DNA of 64,000 bases, taken from contig CP068257.2 in NCBI GenBank assembly GCA_009914755.4, forward strand, positions 6,560,001-6,624,000, given 5' to 3'. The notes below the pieces were generated by a model, which worked only from the letters and a program-made list of their open reading frames with translations, was not told the DNA's origin and did not search any database. The position numbers and the translations under genes were made by a program. Positions within the stretch are counted from its first letter, which is position 1, and each line of letters begins with the position of its first letter. This DNA comes from the human T2T-CHM13v2.0 reference genome, Homo sapiens. Of the stretch, positions 50,430 to 63,400 are shown piece after piece.

Positions 50430-53400
50430 GAACTCTGAGAGAATAGATGGGGCAGGCCGCCATCTTTCCTGTTCAGGCAACTTAGTCATTCCAGCCTGAG
50501 GGCTTTGGAGAGTATAAACCGACAAGGGGCAGAAGAGATCCCACAGCACAGCTAGCTGCTTTACCAAATCATGGTCAGAATGCTTCTGTAAGCAGGCCCC
50601 CGACCCTGTTGCACATCACTGTACAGGACCTCCCAAATGGGGCCTCCAGCTACCGCCACCAGCATTCCTTGGCCAATAGAAATTTGAAGTGTTCACGGGA
50701 CAGAGCTCCCAGAGAGAGGGGCAGGCCACCACCTTTGCTGTTTGGGTGACTAGCCGTTCTGGTTTGCGGGATTTGGAAAGCCCAAGGTGACAAGGGGTGG
50801 AAGAGGAACCTCAGCGCAGTACGGCCACACTACAAAAACGTGGCCAGACTCTTGTTTAAGTCAGTCCCTGACCACATTTCTAATCAGCAGGTGAAGCCTT
50901 TCAACCAGGGTCTCCAGCTGCCTTCACTGCTGTTCTCTGGCCGACAGAGGTTTCAGGCCTCCCTGAGTCAGAGCTCCCAGGGGGAGGACCAGACTGTTGT
51001 ATTTGCTGTTGGGGCAACTCAGCCATTTCAGCATTAGGGCTTCAGAGTGTCTGAGGCAACCAGGAGTGGAAGTGAACACCCGGCATAGCACAGCTGCTCT
51101 AGAAAAACGTGCCCAGACTTTTTTTTAAGTCAGTGCCTGTTTTTGTTCCTCCTGACTAGATAAGACTTCTCAACTTGTCTCCAGTCACATCTTATAGGTG
51201 TGTTCATACTGGCAACAAGTTCGTACCTCAGTGGCACAGAGCTCCCAGAGGAAGGGGCAGGCTATCATCTTCCCTGGAAAATACAAGGCAATTAGGGACT
51301 GGAGGGGACCCCCAGCATACCACAGCAGCCTGACAGAAAAGTGGCCAGACAGTCTACTTGATGGGCAGGTCCTACTGACCTGGGTCTCCAGCCAGTTCAC
51401 CATCAGAGCTATCCAGCCAGTAGCAACTCAGCAATTCCCTGGACAGAGCTTCCAGGAGCAAACGAAATTCTCCCTGCCATTGCCTCTGCAGTGAAACTGC
51501 CCTTTCTACCCTCAGAATATCAAGGGAGCAAAGACCCTAAGTGCCATATTGACACCTCCAATAAGCTGCGGTTGACCCAATGAACAAGCCAGTCCATCTC
51601 CCACGGGTACCACACACCCCCCACTGCTCATCACCAGAGAGGGAACACTGGCTTGGCCTCACAAAACAGACCCTCCATCCTGGGCTGATTACGCTAAGTG
51701 ATTGCTAACTCACATCTCTATGGGATGGAGCACCCAGGAGACAAGCAGAGTGGTGGAGCAGCAAGTCAGGTGATGTGGAGCCCAGAGGGCAGGGACAGCT
51801 ATCTCTCTAGGCTCCACGTGCCCTTGTGAGATACTTTATCCCAGCACTTTAGGAATGCTAAGTTCAGATCAGCCCCATCTCATGTTCAAGATTGCCCAGC
51901 AGAGATCAGGTCCCAGAGTTCCCCTCTTCAAAAAGGGGACTTGCTTAAAACAGAAGCCTGGCCATGTTTGTGTAAAGCAGCTATGCTGTGCCGGGGGTTC
52001 ACTTTTGAGAGAGTTGTCCTCTGAGACCTGATCTCTGCTGGGCAGTCTTGCACATGAGATGGGGCTGGTCTGATATCAGCACTCCTTAGTCTGCTTGCCT
52101 CTCCCAGGACCCCAGCCTGGCCACACCTGCAAACAGGGCACTCTCGGATGCCCACAGCATAGCTTCCGTGCTAGTGGACTGTACCTGATCAGTGGAGAGC
52201 TGCAGCAAGGTGGCCCCAACAGCCACGCACCAGCCTGCACATTACCTCTCCATACTGCAGCCCTTTATATGGAAACTTCCTACATCACTTTGCTGTGTGT
52301 GTTTCCACATGTGGGTTTTGCTGTACTTGCCCTGACAGCACAGGGGAGTGCAGGACACACCCCAACCCACACCAACTGCCATTGAAGACAGAGCCTTGGT
52401 GGGCACAGAACCAAGAACCCCACCCCTGCCAGCACCTAACCCTTGAGCTAATGCTGTGCAGAGAAAAAGGGACCTTCTTATACCCTGAGTGACCACGGTT
52501 GCTTTGAGGGGCACAGAGAAGGCACCATGGCCTGCACTGGCCAGCAGCCCACCCTGAACCAACACTACCTCCAGTGCAACACACACACAGCAGGGGACCC
52601 CTGACCCACACCCCAGCTGTCTTGCCTCCACCACTGGGTGAACGCCCGCAGGGAGGCAGGGAATTTTGCATCCACTAGCATTCTGCCACAGTTGACACAC
52701 TTTGGTCCCCTCAGTGCAGTGGACTCCAAACCTCCAAGAGCCAGAGAACAAAGTTGGGGCCCAAGACAAGTTCCCCAGAGTTAAAGCACACAGTCCAGGA
52801 ATTGGGAGCTGCACATTGGCCCCCCTAAAATCCTCCAAAAACAAAGCCAGTTGGTTGAATCCACCTTATCCCACAATGAAACCCTCAAGATCATCAAATA
52901 CAATAAAAGAAAAATACCCTGTCCGAAGGTCAGCAACCTCAAAGATGGAAAGTGGATAAGCCCATAAAGATGAGAAAGAATCTGTGCGAGAACACTGAAA
53001 ACTCAAAAAGTCAGCATGCCTTCTTTCCTCCAAATGACTGTATCAACTCTCCAGCAAGTGTTCAGAACTGGGCTGAGGCTGAGATGTCTGGAATGATACA
53101 AGCAGGGTTCAGGATATGCGTAGGAACAAAGTTCACTGAGTGAAAGAAGTATGTTGTCATGCAATACAAGTGAGCTAAAAATCATTGTAAAACATTGTAG
53201 GAGCTAACAGACAAAATAGCAAGTATAAAGAAGACATAACCGACCTAATAGAGCTGAAAAGCACACTACAAGAATTTTCATAATGTAGTCACATAGTGAT
53301 TATGTGTGATTGCATTATGAAAATTATTGTAGTGTGTGTGGGCACCCGAGATTTCCCTGTAAGCAGGTGTGGCCAGGCTGGGGTCCTGGGAGAGGCAAGC

Positions 53401-54560
53401 AGACTAAGGAGGGCTGAGGTCACACCAGCTCCATCTCATGTGCAAGACCACCCAGCAGAATAGACCAAGCAGAGGAAAGAATCCCAGAGCTTGAAAACTG
53501 GCTTTCTGAAATAAAACAGGCAGACAAGAATGGGGGAAAAAAGAAGGAAAATGAATGAACAAAACATCCAAGAAATATGAGATTATATAAACAACCAAAT
53601 CTATGACTGATTAGTGTACGTGAAAGAGATGAGGAGAATGGAACCAACTTGGAAAACATACTTCAGAATATCATTCATGAGAATATCCCCAACCTATCCA
53701 GACAGGCCAACATTCCAACTCAGGAAATCCAGAGAACCTCAGTAAGATAAGCCACGAGAAGATCATCCCCAAGACATATAATCATCAGATTCTCCAAGGT
53801 CAAAATGAAAGAAACAATGTTAAAGGCAGCCAGGGAGAAAGGCAACGTCACCTGCAAAAGGAATTCCATCAGACTTAGCAGACTTCTCAGCTGAAACCCT
53901 ACAAGCCAGAAAAGATATTCAACTTCTTAAAGAAAAGAAATTTCACGTAGTATGGCAGAGACAGATATACCATATAATAACATGGTGTTATTATAAATGG
54001 TTAAAAGAAAAAGAAATTTCAACCCAGAATTTCATGTCCAGCAAAATTAAGCATCATAAGTGAAGGAGAAACAAGATCCTTTTCAGACAAGCAAATGCTG
54101 AGAGAATTCATTATCACCAGATCTACCTTACAAGAGCTCCTGAATTAAGCACTAAATATGGAAAGAAAAGACCATCACCAGCCACTACAAAAATGCACCG
54201 AAGTACACAGACTAGTAATGCTAAAAACCAACCACATACACAAGTCTGCAAAATAACTAGCTGACAGCATGACGACAGGATCTAATCCACACATACCATT
54301 ACTAACCTTAAATGGAAATGGGCTAAATGCTCCGATTGAAAGACACAGGGGGGCAAGCTGGATAAAGAACCAAGACCCATTTGAGTATGCCGTCTCCAAG
54401 AAACCCATCTCACATTCAGTATCATACATAGGCTCAAAATGAAGGAATGGTGAAAAATCTTTCAAGCCAATGGAAAACAGAAGAAATCAGGTGTTACACT
54501 CCCAGTTTCGACAAAACGTATATACCAATAAAGATAAAAAAAGACAGAGAAGGACATTAC
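50430..54560 (+). mobile_element. Older LINE-1 5' portion: 5'UTR with ~330-bp tandem subrepeats (x3, 50440-51500), degenerate ORF1 (~52960-54170) and the first ~95 codons of ORF2 (54268-54552)
   Basis: ORF2 start atgacgacaggatctaatccacacataccattactaaccttaaatggaaatgggctaaatgctccgattgaaagacacaggggggcaagctggataaagaaccaagacccat… (MTTGSNPHIPLLTLNGNGLNAPIERHRGASWIKNQDP, cf. L1 ORF2 MTGSNSHITILTLNVNGLNAPIKRHRLASWIKSQDP). ORF1-like …aggaaatccagagaacctcagtaagataagccacgagaagatcatccccaagacatataatcatcagattctccaaggtcaaaatgaaagaaacaatgttaaaggcagccagggagaaaggc…. Confidence 0.75.
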
Positions 54561-55211
54561 AAAGGTGGTCCTGACCTTTGATAAATCTCGTTATTGATTG
54601 ATACCAACCTGGGCTATCTTTATTGCCCAAACCAACAGGATAATTTGCTGAGGTTGTGGAGCTTCTCCCCTGCAAAGAGTCCCTGATCTCCCAAAATCTG
54701 GTTGAGATCTAAGTTTGATTTTTCTGTACAACTCCTTTTCTGAAGTTTTACTCATTTCCAACAAGGAAGGCAAGTTTTCCTGCTTCTGTGGTGATGGAGA
54801 GCAGGCACCTCCTTTCCTGAGTTTCAGCTTGCCTCTGACAGGGAAGGTGAGTGTAAGTTGTTTCCAGCTTCTAAGATGGCAGAGAACGATCCCCAGCCTG
54901 AGCCTTGTTTCCAGGTAAGTAGGTGAATTAGAGTTTTGTCTTAAAATTTTTCCTTAATGACTAAAATTTAAGATTACTCACCAGCTGCTTTTAATTTCTG
55001 CTTTTAGTTTCTCCTTACCATTAGAACACTCAGTAATCATATGAATTGTGCATTTGTTGTTTTGCTTAACTCTTTTTGTTTGTTTATGCTTGGGGCTTTA
55101 TTGTTGTTGTTTCACTTTTCTCCCGTCTCTTCCTGACTTGGTCAAATCCAAAGGAATTTTCCAAATTGTGGGCAGCAAGGCCTCTGAATTGGCTAAAACT
55201 CCTATGGCTGC

Positions 55212-55250
55212 AAACAAACAAACAAACAAATAAACAACAACAAAAAACAT
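55212..55250. repeat. (CAAA)n-type microsatellite
   Basis: aaacaaacaaacaaacaaataaacaacaacaaaaaac. Confidence 0.85.
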
Positions 55251-55556
55251 TCCAGTTAGCAGAAATTATTTTTTAAAACTTTTTTTTTTACATAAGTGGT
55301 CTCATCTACATAACAAGGCCACCCTTTTGCTAGCCAAGGCTAAACTGAAGGAGTAGTGGTGGTGACCCAATGTGAAGATTCTGCCCTGTTCACTACAGAA
55401 ACCTGAGTTTGGTTCCTAAGTCTAGTTCTTTCTGTTTGATATTTGTGTTACTTTTAAAGCGTCAGCAGTTTGTCCCAGCTATGATGTGGTAATAAAAGAT
55501 TCAAAAGGATTTTCTTTACAAGTTCTATGATTAAAAGCTTAATTAAAAGCAAATTT

Positions 55557-56690
55557 CTTTTTTTTTAGTTATACTTTAAGTTCTGGGGTACTTGTGCAGA
55601 ACATGCAGGTTTGTTACATAGGTATACACATGCCATGGTGGCTTGCTGCATCCATCAACCCATGATCTACATTAGTTATTTCTCCTAATGCCATCCCTCT
55701 CCTAGCCCCCCACCCTGACAGACCCTGGTGTGTGATGTTCCCCTTCCTGTGTCCATGTGTTCCCATTGTTCAACTCCCAGTTATGAGTGAGAACATGTGG
55801 TGTTTGGTTTTCTGTTCTTCTGTTAGTTAGCTGAAAATGATGGTTTCCAGCTTCATTCATGTCCCAGCAAATGACGTGAATTCATCCCTTTTTATGGCTG
55901 CATGGTATTTCGTGGTGTATATATGCCACATTTTCTTTATCCAGTCTATCATTGGTGGGCATTTGGGTTGGTTTCAAGTCGTTGCTGTTGTGAACAGTGC
56001 CGCAATAAACAGACAGGTGCATGTGTCTTTATATTAGAATGATTTATAATTTTGGGGGTATATACCCAGTAATGGGATTGCTGGGTCAAATGATATTTCT
56101 GATTGTACATCCTTGAGGAATTGTCACACTGTCTTCCACAACGGTTGAAGTAATTTATATTCCCACCAACTGTGTAAAAGCTTTCCTATTTCTCCACATC
56201 CTCTCTAGCATCTGTTCTTTCCTGATTTTTTAACGATGACCATTCTAAGTGGTGTGAGATTGTATCTCATTGTGGTTTTGATTTCCATTTCTCTAATGAC
56301 CAGTGATGACGCGCTTTGCTTCACATGTTCGTTGGCTGTATAAATGTCTTCTTTGGTAAGTGTCTGTTCGTACCCTTTGCTCCCTTTTTGATGTTTTTTT
56401 TTTTTTTCTTGTAAATTTGTTCTTTGTAGATTCTGCATATTAGCCCTTTGTCAGATGGATAGATTGCAACAATGTTCTCCCATTCTGTGGTTTGCCTGTT
56501 CACTCTGATAATAGTTTCTTTTGCGCTGTAGATACTCTTAAGTTTAGTTAGATCCCATTTGTAAATTTTGGTTTTTGTAGCCATTGCTTTTGGTGTTCTA
56601 GTGATGAAGACTCTGCCCATGGCTATGTCCTGAATGGTATTGCCTAACACAAGGACATTTCTGTGCCTGAGTGCTATACCACCCAAAGTA
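55557..56690 (-). mobile_element. LINE-1 3' end (antisense reading, poly-T at 55557-55569)
   Basis: tttttttttagttatactttaagttctggggtacttgtgcagaacatgcaggtttgttacataggtatacacatgccatggtgg… gggtatatacccagtaatgggattgctgggtcaaatgatatttctg… ccattctaagtggtgtgagattgtatctcattgtggttttgatttccatttctc… typical antisense L1 3' sequence. Confidence 0.85.
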
Positions 56691-57215
56691 ATTTATAGAC
56701 TCATTGCTGTCCCCATCAAGCTACCATTACTTTCTTCACAGAATTAGAAAAACTACTTTAAATTTCATATGGAACCAAAAAAGTGCCCACATAGCCAAGA
56801 AAATCCTAAGCAAAAACAGCAAAGCTAGAGGCATCACAGTACCTGACTTCAAATTATTCTACAAGGCTACAGTAACCAAAACAGCATGGGGCTGGTACCA
56901 AATCAGATCTATAGACCAATGGAACAGAACAGAGGCCTCAGAAATGACACCACACATCTAAAAGCATCTGATCTTTGACAAACCTGACAAAAACAAGCAA
57001 TGGGAAAGGATACCCTATTTAATAAATAGTGTTGGGAAAACTGGCTAGCCAAATGCAGAAAACTGAAACTGGGCCACACTCATACACCTTAAACAAAAAT
57101 TAAGTAAGATGGATGAAAGAGTTAGAAGTAAGACCTAAAACCATAAAAAATCTAGAAGAATACCTAGGCCACCAACCTCAGGGGAAATGACCTGTAGTGA
57201 AATGCATGGTACAAA
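56690..57215 (+). mobile_element. LINE-1 ORF2 mid-region fragment in sense orientation, juxtaposed to the antisense 3' piece (inverted 5' segment of the same minus-strand insertion; twin-priming-like)
   Basis: …cattactttcttcacagaattagaaaaactactttaaatttcatatggaaccaaaaaagtgcccacatagccaagaaaatcctaagcaaaaacagcaaagctagaggcatcacagtacctgacttcaaattattctacaaggctacagtaaccaaaacagcatggggctggtaccaaatcagatctatagaccaatggaacagaacagaggcctcagaaat… reads as sense L1 ORF2 (…[38 protein letters not shown]…). Confidence 0.8.
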
Positions 57216-60200
57216 CATGCATTCCCTGCTTCCTTGAGTGGGCAACGTTGATGGCTAGTCCAACCACTTCAGGCACACCCTTGCAAACACGGCTGGTTGC
57301 TTTTTGAGCCAGCTTGGCCTTGCCCGGCATACACAAGCCTCAATGCAACAACTGTGCTAAAAATGGAGCCACACAGAGGAAATGAGCAGCAAGCTCAGAA
57401 GCAGGGTGTGCACTGCCTTTGGGGCTCCAGTCCATGCCTCAGGGCTTGTATGGGACTGCAGGATTCTTGGTTGCCAAGAGGTAGACCATAGACCAGCCGA
57501 GGAGGACTTTATGTTCAAGGGCAGAAAGCAGCCAGGTTTACCACCCAGGGGACTCGGCCTTCTGTGGCCCCGGTCAGACTTAGAATTTGGCTCAAAGCAG
57601 GACCAGCTCACTCGGAGTAGTGTGTCAGTAGCTGGGGCCTGTACATGCTAGGCAAGGCTAAGCTGGCTCAAAGAGCAACCAGCTACCACTGCAAGGGTGC
57701 TTCTGGAGGAGGTGGAGCAGCCAGCAACCTCAGCTACACAAGGAAGCAGGGATGGCCAGGTTCTCACAGCATGAGTGGCCACCGCCTGATGGCTGATCAA
57801 GCAGAGGCCTGAGGAAAAGCAGATGGCAGTTGGGCCCTACCTCTAGGGTAGAAGAACTGATGTACTCTGACCGGTAGTGAGTGAGGTTGGTGGTGGGTCC
57901 ACCGGCTCCTGGCACACCCTTGCAGAGGAGGCTGTTTGCTCTTTAAGGCAGCTTGGCCTTGCCTGGCATGCACAGGCCCCAGGTACTGACACGCTGCTCC
58001 CAGTGAACTTGTTCTGCCTTGGACGAAATTCTAAGTGGCTTGGAGTTTGCCCAGCATGCACAAGCCTCAGTGTAATAACTGTGCAACAAACGGAGCCACA
58101 TAGACGAAACAAGCAGCAGGCTCAGAAGCAGGGTGTGCCCTGCCTTTGGGGCTCCAGTCAATGCCTCAGGGTTCCTATGGCACTGCGGATTTCTTGGTTG
58201 CCTAGCTGCAGACCACAGGCTGTCTTGAAGAGGACTTTATGTTCAAGTGCAGAAAGTAGTCAGGATTACCATCCAGGGGACTCTGCCTTCTGTGGTCCTC
58301 TCCAGACTTAGAATTTGGCCCAAGGCAGGACAAGCTGACTCGGAGAAGAGTGTCAGTACCTGGGGCCTATGCATGCCAGGCAAGGCCAAGCTGGCTCAGA
58401 GCAACCAACCACCTCTGCAAGGCTGTGCCTGTAGCAGGCAGACAAGCCAGCAACCTCACCCACTCAAGGAAGCCCGGATGGCGAGGTTCCAACAGCATGA
58501 GTAGCTGCCACCTGATGCCTGATGGAGCAGAGGCCTGAGGAAAAGCAGGTGGCATATTTAACTCTTTCATCAATCTTAAGTTAATTTTTGTATAAAGCAG
58601 ATGGCACTAGTCCATGCCTCATGGCTCATTATGGCACTGCGGGCCACAGAAGGGCAAGTACCCAGGGTGGTAATCTTGCCTGCTTTCTGCACTTGAACAT
58701 AAAGTGCTCCTCAAGATGGCCTGTGGTCTGCCTCTTGGCCCCACCTTTAGGGTAGAAGAACTGATGTACCACGTCTGGCAGTGAGTGAGATTGGCGGCTG
58801 GTCCATCTGCTCCTGGCACATCCTTGCAGAGGTGGCTGCTTGCTCTTTGAGCCAGCTTGGCCTTGCCTGGCATGCACAAGCCTCACTGCAACAAGTGTGC
58901 TACAAATGGAGCCATATAGAGGAAATGATCAGCAGGCTCAGGAATGGGGCGTGCACTGCCTTTGTGGCTCCAGTCCATGCCTCAGGGCTCGTATGGCACT
59001 GTAAGCTTCTTGGTCGCCAAGAGGCAGAACACAGGCTGTCTTGAGGAGGACTTTATGTTCAAGTGCAGAAAGCAGCCAAGATTAGCACCCAGGGGACTGG
59101 GCCTTCTGTGGCCCTGGTCAGACTTAGAATTTGACCCAAGGCAGGACAAGCTGACTCGGAGCAGAGTGTCAGTACCTGGGGCCTATGCATGCCAGGCAAA
59201 GCCAAGCTGGCTCAGAGCAACTAGCCACATCTGCAAGGCTGTGCCTGTAGTAGGCGGACAAGCCAGCAACCTCAGCTACTCAAGGAAGGAGGGATGGCCA
59301 GGTTCCCACAGCCTGAGTGGTTGCCGCCTGATGACTGACAGAGCAGAGGCCTGAGGAAAAGCATATGGCACTGGGGCCCTACCTCTAGGGTAGAATAACT
59401 GATGTAACCTGACCAGCAGTGAGTGAGGTTGGTGGCCGGTCCACCGGCTCCTGGCACAAACTTGCAGAGGTGGCTGATTGCTTTTTGAGCCAGCTTGGCC
59501 TTGCCCAGCATGCACAAGTCTGTGCAACAACTGTGACACAAATGGAGCCACACAGAGAAAATGAGCAGCAGGCTCAGGAGCAGGGTGTGTGCTTCCTCGG
59601 TGTCTCCAGTCCATGCCTGAGGATTCATATGGCACTGCGGGCTTCTTGGTTGCAAAGAGGTAGACCACAGGCCATCTTCAGGAGGTCTTTATGTGGAAGT
59701 GCAGAAAGCAGCCAGGATTACCACCCGTGGGACTCGGCCTGACAGAATTTGGTCCAAAGCAGGACAGGCTCACTCAGAGCAACATGTCGGTACCTGGAGC
59801 CTGTGCATGCTAGGCAAGGCCAAGCTGGCTCAAAGAGCACCCAGAGCATCCATTCTGGTGGATGAGCCAACCACATGGCCAGCTTCTGGGTGTGGGCACA
59901 GTGCCACATCTTCCATCACTTTCTGATATATCCCACCACCACTGAAGAGACAGCCTGGAGAGAGTGCAAGAGGAAGGCTGAGAAGGATGAGATAGTGAGT
60001 GCTGGCTTCTTTCTGACCCTCAGCACACCCCCAGGTGGTGACCATCAACCTTTAGGGGTGGGAGAGCAAGACTGATGGCTTCAAATGGTTCCCCAAGAAG
60101 ATGGACACAGGCCACTCAGTTCAACCTCACAGCCAATGAGTTGACAAGCAAGCAGATGACAGTGACAGGCTTTTAGAAAGAGCATCAGAAGGTGGCCAGT

Positions 60201-60800
60201 TTTTCTTCAGCCTCAGCCAGGCCTTGGAACTTGACTAGGCCATCCACTTCACCAGAGATGCCTTCAAGAACATCAGTAAGCTCCTTGCCAGTCAGTCCAG
60301 GAAGGACCTGGACCCAGCCATGGACCTGTTAGTGCTGTCTCAGGGACACAAGACAAACATCCTGGACATCATCCACATACACAAGGAAGCTCTTACCAAA
60401 GTCACGGAGAACAGACAACATGTGGCAGAAGGGAAGACAGAGGTGCAGAGGCTGATGGCGTCATTATCACAGGAACAGGATTTCTTTGGCCACTTTGGCT
60501 GAAATTCACCACTTCCATCCAATTCACTCAAGTGAGAGACTTGAAATCACAGATGGAGCATTTCTTGCAACAAGAGATACTATTTTTTCAAAAAGTCACC
60601 TAAAATTTGATAGTGTTGAATGACTAGCTATTCGAGTGTGGACTTTTTCCTGTTCACGGGTACTTTCTACAGCAGAATGATAACAGTATCAAACAGCTGG
60701 TGCCAGCTATCGGTGGTAGTACAAGGATGACTTTGTGCTCAACTGAAACCCAGCTGAATATAGAATTGTGTAGGAAAGTGTTAATATGGTGATAGAATAG
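57215..60800 (+). other. Duplicated module, copy 2 (paralog of 30760-32360), expanded by ~4 tandem copies of a 640-900-bp palindrome-containing sub-unit (57290-59850)
   Basis: Forward landmark ggc[ct]aagctggctca at 57655, 58385, 59207, 59820; reverse landmark gccagcttggccttgcc at 57307, 57945, 58850, 59487; each R…F pair mirrors the single F(30905)/R(31190) pair of copy 1. Confidence 0.8.
60239..60502 (+). other. Conserved terminal open frame, copy 2 (87 codons then TGA)
   Basis: [87 protein letters not shown]; same frame and same stop position as copy 1. Confidence 0.4.
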
Positions 60801-60989
60801 AAACAGTAACAAATGAACTAAATCATACTATGAATGCCTACACTACCATTATAACTTTTTGAAGAATGATAATACCACTTACTTTATTGCCTTTTGAAGT
60901 AGGAATATTTTAGTGGATATCCTATAGACCTGAAACCCTATAAAGAATCCCAAAGAAGCTGGCTGGATAAAGCCTGCTATGGATGTCTT

Positions 60990-62050
60990 TATACTCAAAG
61001 ACTGATGAGGCAATTCGAATATGTATCCCCACCAAATCTCATGTTGAGTTATGCTTCCTAATGTTGGAGGTGGATCCTGGTATAAGGTGACTGAATCATG
61101 AAGGCAAATTTCTCATGAGTGGTTCAGCACCATCCCCTTGGTACTGTCCTCACAATCATGAGTGACTTCTCGTGAGATCTGGCCACTGAAAACTCTATAT
61201 CACTCTGTACTCTCCGTGATTTCCTCTTGCCATGTGAGACAATTCACTCTTTCATTACCTTGCACAATGATTGAAAGATTTCTGAGCCCCCCCAGAAGCA
61301 GAAGCACTAAGCTTCCTGTCCACTCTGCAGAACCATGAGCCAATTAAACCTCTTTTTCAAAATAAATCTTACCAAAAATGGCAAATGAGGACTGGAGCAT
61401 TGCTATAAAGATACCTGAAAATGTGGAAGCAACTTCGGAACTGGGTAATGGGTAGAGGTTGGAAGAGTTTGGAGGGCTCCAAAGAAGACAGACAGATGAG
61501 AACATTTTTGGATCATCTTAGAGACTGGTTAAATGGCTGTGACAAGAATGCTGACAAAAACATGGACAGTGAAGGCCAGGCTGAGGGGGCCTCAGATAAA
61601 AATAAGAAGCTTTCTGGAAAATGTCTCTCTTTTGGATATGGAAAGCTTACACAATGCCTGTACCATCATTGTACCTTAGACGCAGTGAACTTGCTTTTTA
61701 TTTCAGAGACTTGTAGGCAAAAGAGAATGTAGCCTTGACCCAGATGAGACTTTGCGCTTTGTAACTTTGAGTTAATGCTGAAATGAGTTAAGACTTTGGG
61801 AGACTGCTGGCAAGGCATGACTGTATCTTGCAATGTGAGAAGGACATGAGATTTGTGGGGTCAGGGACAGAATAATACGGTTTTTCTCTATGCCCCTTCC
61901 AAAACTCCTGTGAAAGTACACTCCCTAATGTTAGAGTCGGGGCCTAGGTGGAAAAAGCTTTAATCATAAAGGTGTGGGAGTGGATCCTTCACAAATGGCA
62001 AAGCACCAAGCCCTTAATGCCATCCTCCTGATAGTGAGTGAGTTCTCATG
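60990..62050 (+). mobile_element. THE1/MST-type MaLR element with internal deletion (paralog of 32590-33585)
   Basis: …ggcaaatgaggactggagcattgctataaagatacctgaaaatgtggaagcaacttcggaactgggtaatgggtagaggttggaagagtttggagggctccaaagaagacag… (THE1/MST-int 5' end, recalled), followed by LTR-like …ggatccttcacaaatggcaaagcaccaagcccttaatgccatcctcctgatagtgagtgagttctcatgagatctag…. Confidence 0.6.
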
Positions 62051-62159
62051 AGATCTAGTAGTTTAAAAGGCTGTGGAACCTCTTTCCTCTCTCTGTCTTG
62101 TTCCAACTTCTGCCATATGAAACATGTCATTGCCCCTTGGATTTCCGGTGTGGTTAGGA

Positions 62160-63060
62160 GGGGCCTGATCAGTGTGGGCCTGGTCAGTGGACCTAGGTCA
62201 GTGAGGACTATTTAGTGGGATCGTGGTCAACAGGGGTCTGCTTAGAGAGGGTCTCATTAGTGGGGTCTAGTAGTGGGGGTTTTGGTGAGTGGGGACCTAT
62301 TGGCTGCCAGTTGTTTGGTGTCTGGTCAGTGCAAACCTGGGCTGTGGGGCTTGATCAGTGGAGACCTGGTCAGCTGGGGCTTAGTGCTGACCTGGTCAGC
62401 ATGGGCTGGGGCACTGGTGACCAGGTCAAGGGGTGCTATTCAGTGGAGGACTGGGCACATGAGACTTAGTCAGCAGACCCTGGTGGGCGTGTCCTCATCA
62501 GTGAGGCCCTTGTCAGTGGGGCCCTGGTCAGGGCAGCCTTGTCGGTGGGACCTAATCTGTATTGTCCTGGTCAGAGAGGACTTGGTCAGTGGTGACTTTT
62601 GTAGCACCGGTCTACAGGGTGACCTGGTCAGCGGGGATCTCAGCATTTGGTGCCGGTTCAGTGAGGTCTACTCACTAGGGTCCCAGTCAGGGGCATCTGG
62701 TGACATAAGGCCTCGTTATTAGGGGCCTGATCAGTGGCAACCTGTTCCCTGGAGGCCTGGTCAGTGGGGCCTCATCTTTGGGGCCAGGGAATGAGGTCAT
62801 GATCAGTGGAACCTGATCAGTGAGGCCTTGTCAATAATGACCTAGTCAGTGAGGACTTGTCAGTAAGGACATAGTCCGTGAGGCCTTGTCAGTGAGTCCT
62901 TGTCAGTAAGGTCCTGGTCAGTGGAGTCCTTGTCATTGTGTGCCCGGCAGTGGGGGCCTTGTTAGTGGGGCCTGGTCATGAGGGTCTAATCAGTGAGGGT
63001 GTCATCAGGGAGGACCTGATGTGTGGGGTCTGGTCAGCAGGGACCTGGTCAATGTGGGCT
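62160..63060. repeat. Minisatellite M3 (CCTGGTCAGTGG-type ~15-bp unit), again starting inside a MaLR LTR at the same point as M2
   Basis: …ccggtgtggttaggaggggcctgatcagtgtgggcctggtcagtggacctaggtcagtgaggactatttagtgggatcgtggtcaacaggggtctgcttagagagggtctcattagtgg… to …gggacctggtcaatgtgggctgctgagcactgc. Confidence 0.85.
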
Positions 63061-63224
63061 GCTGAGCACTGCTTGGATAAGCCAGGTGCAATGTGCATTA
63101 TTGAAGGCCCTGTGGACAGCTGGGATAGCCCAGTGATGCCCAAGGGCCTAGTCAGAAGTGGACAAAGCACTTATTTGGATGGACCTGGGAGATCCTGCTC
63201 AGAGATTCTGACAGGACAAAGGTA

Positions 63225-63400
63225 AAGGAAGGGCCAGAGTGGCTGGAGAGATGGTCACAGTCTATGGGCTGCACAGGATGGAGGAGGCCAGGGAACAGGC
63301 AGGGTGGGCAGTTGGGGTTCAGGGAGAGGCAGGTGCATGCTGGGAGGTCAGACCCTGTGAGGGCTTTGGGGGCGTCAGGTTGGGTAGGCTCCAGGCACTC
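63225..63400 (+). repeat. Third copy of the segment that forms the 48.5-kb inverted-repeat arm (paralog of 48470-48650)
   Basis: ggtaaaggaagggccagagtggctggagagatggtcacagtctatgggctgcacaggatggaggaggccagggaacaggcagggtgggcagttggggttcagggagaggcaggtgcatgctgggaggtcagaccctgtgagggctttgggggcgtcaggttgggtaggctccagg vs 48470-48650 nearly identical. Confidence 0.85.

Noticed and set aside
52242-52844. 200-aa minus-strand ORF and overlapping ORFs at 52.1-52.9 kb
   Set aside because: They lie inside the G+C-rich 5'UTR/ORF1-upstream part of an L1 element. Stop-poor composition explains the open frames, and there are no splice or start context or known protein features.
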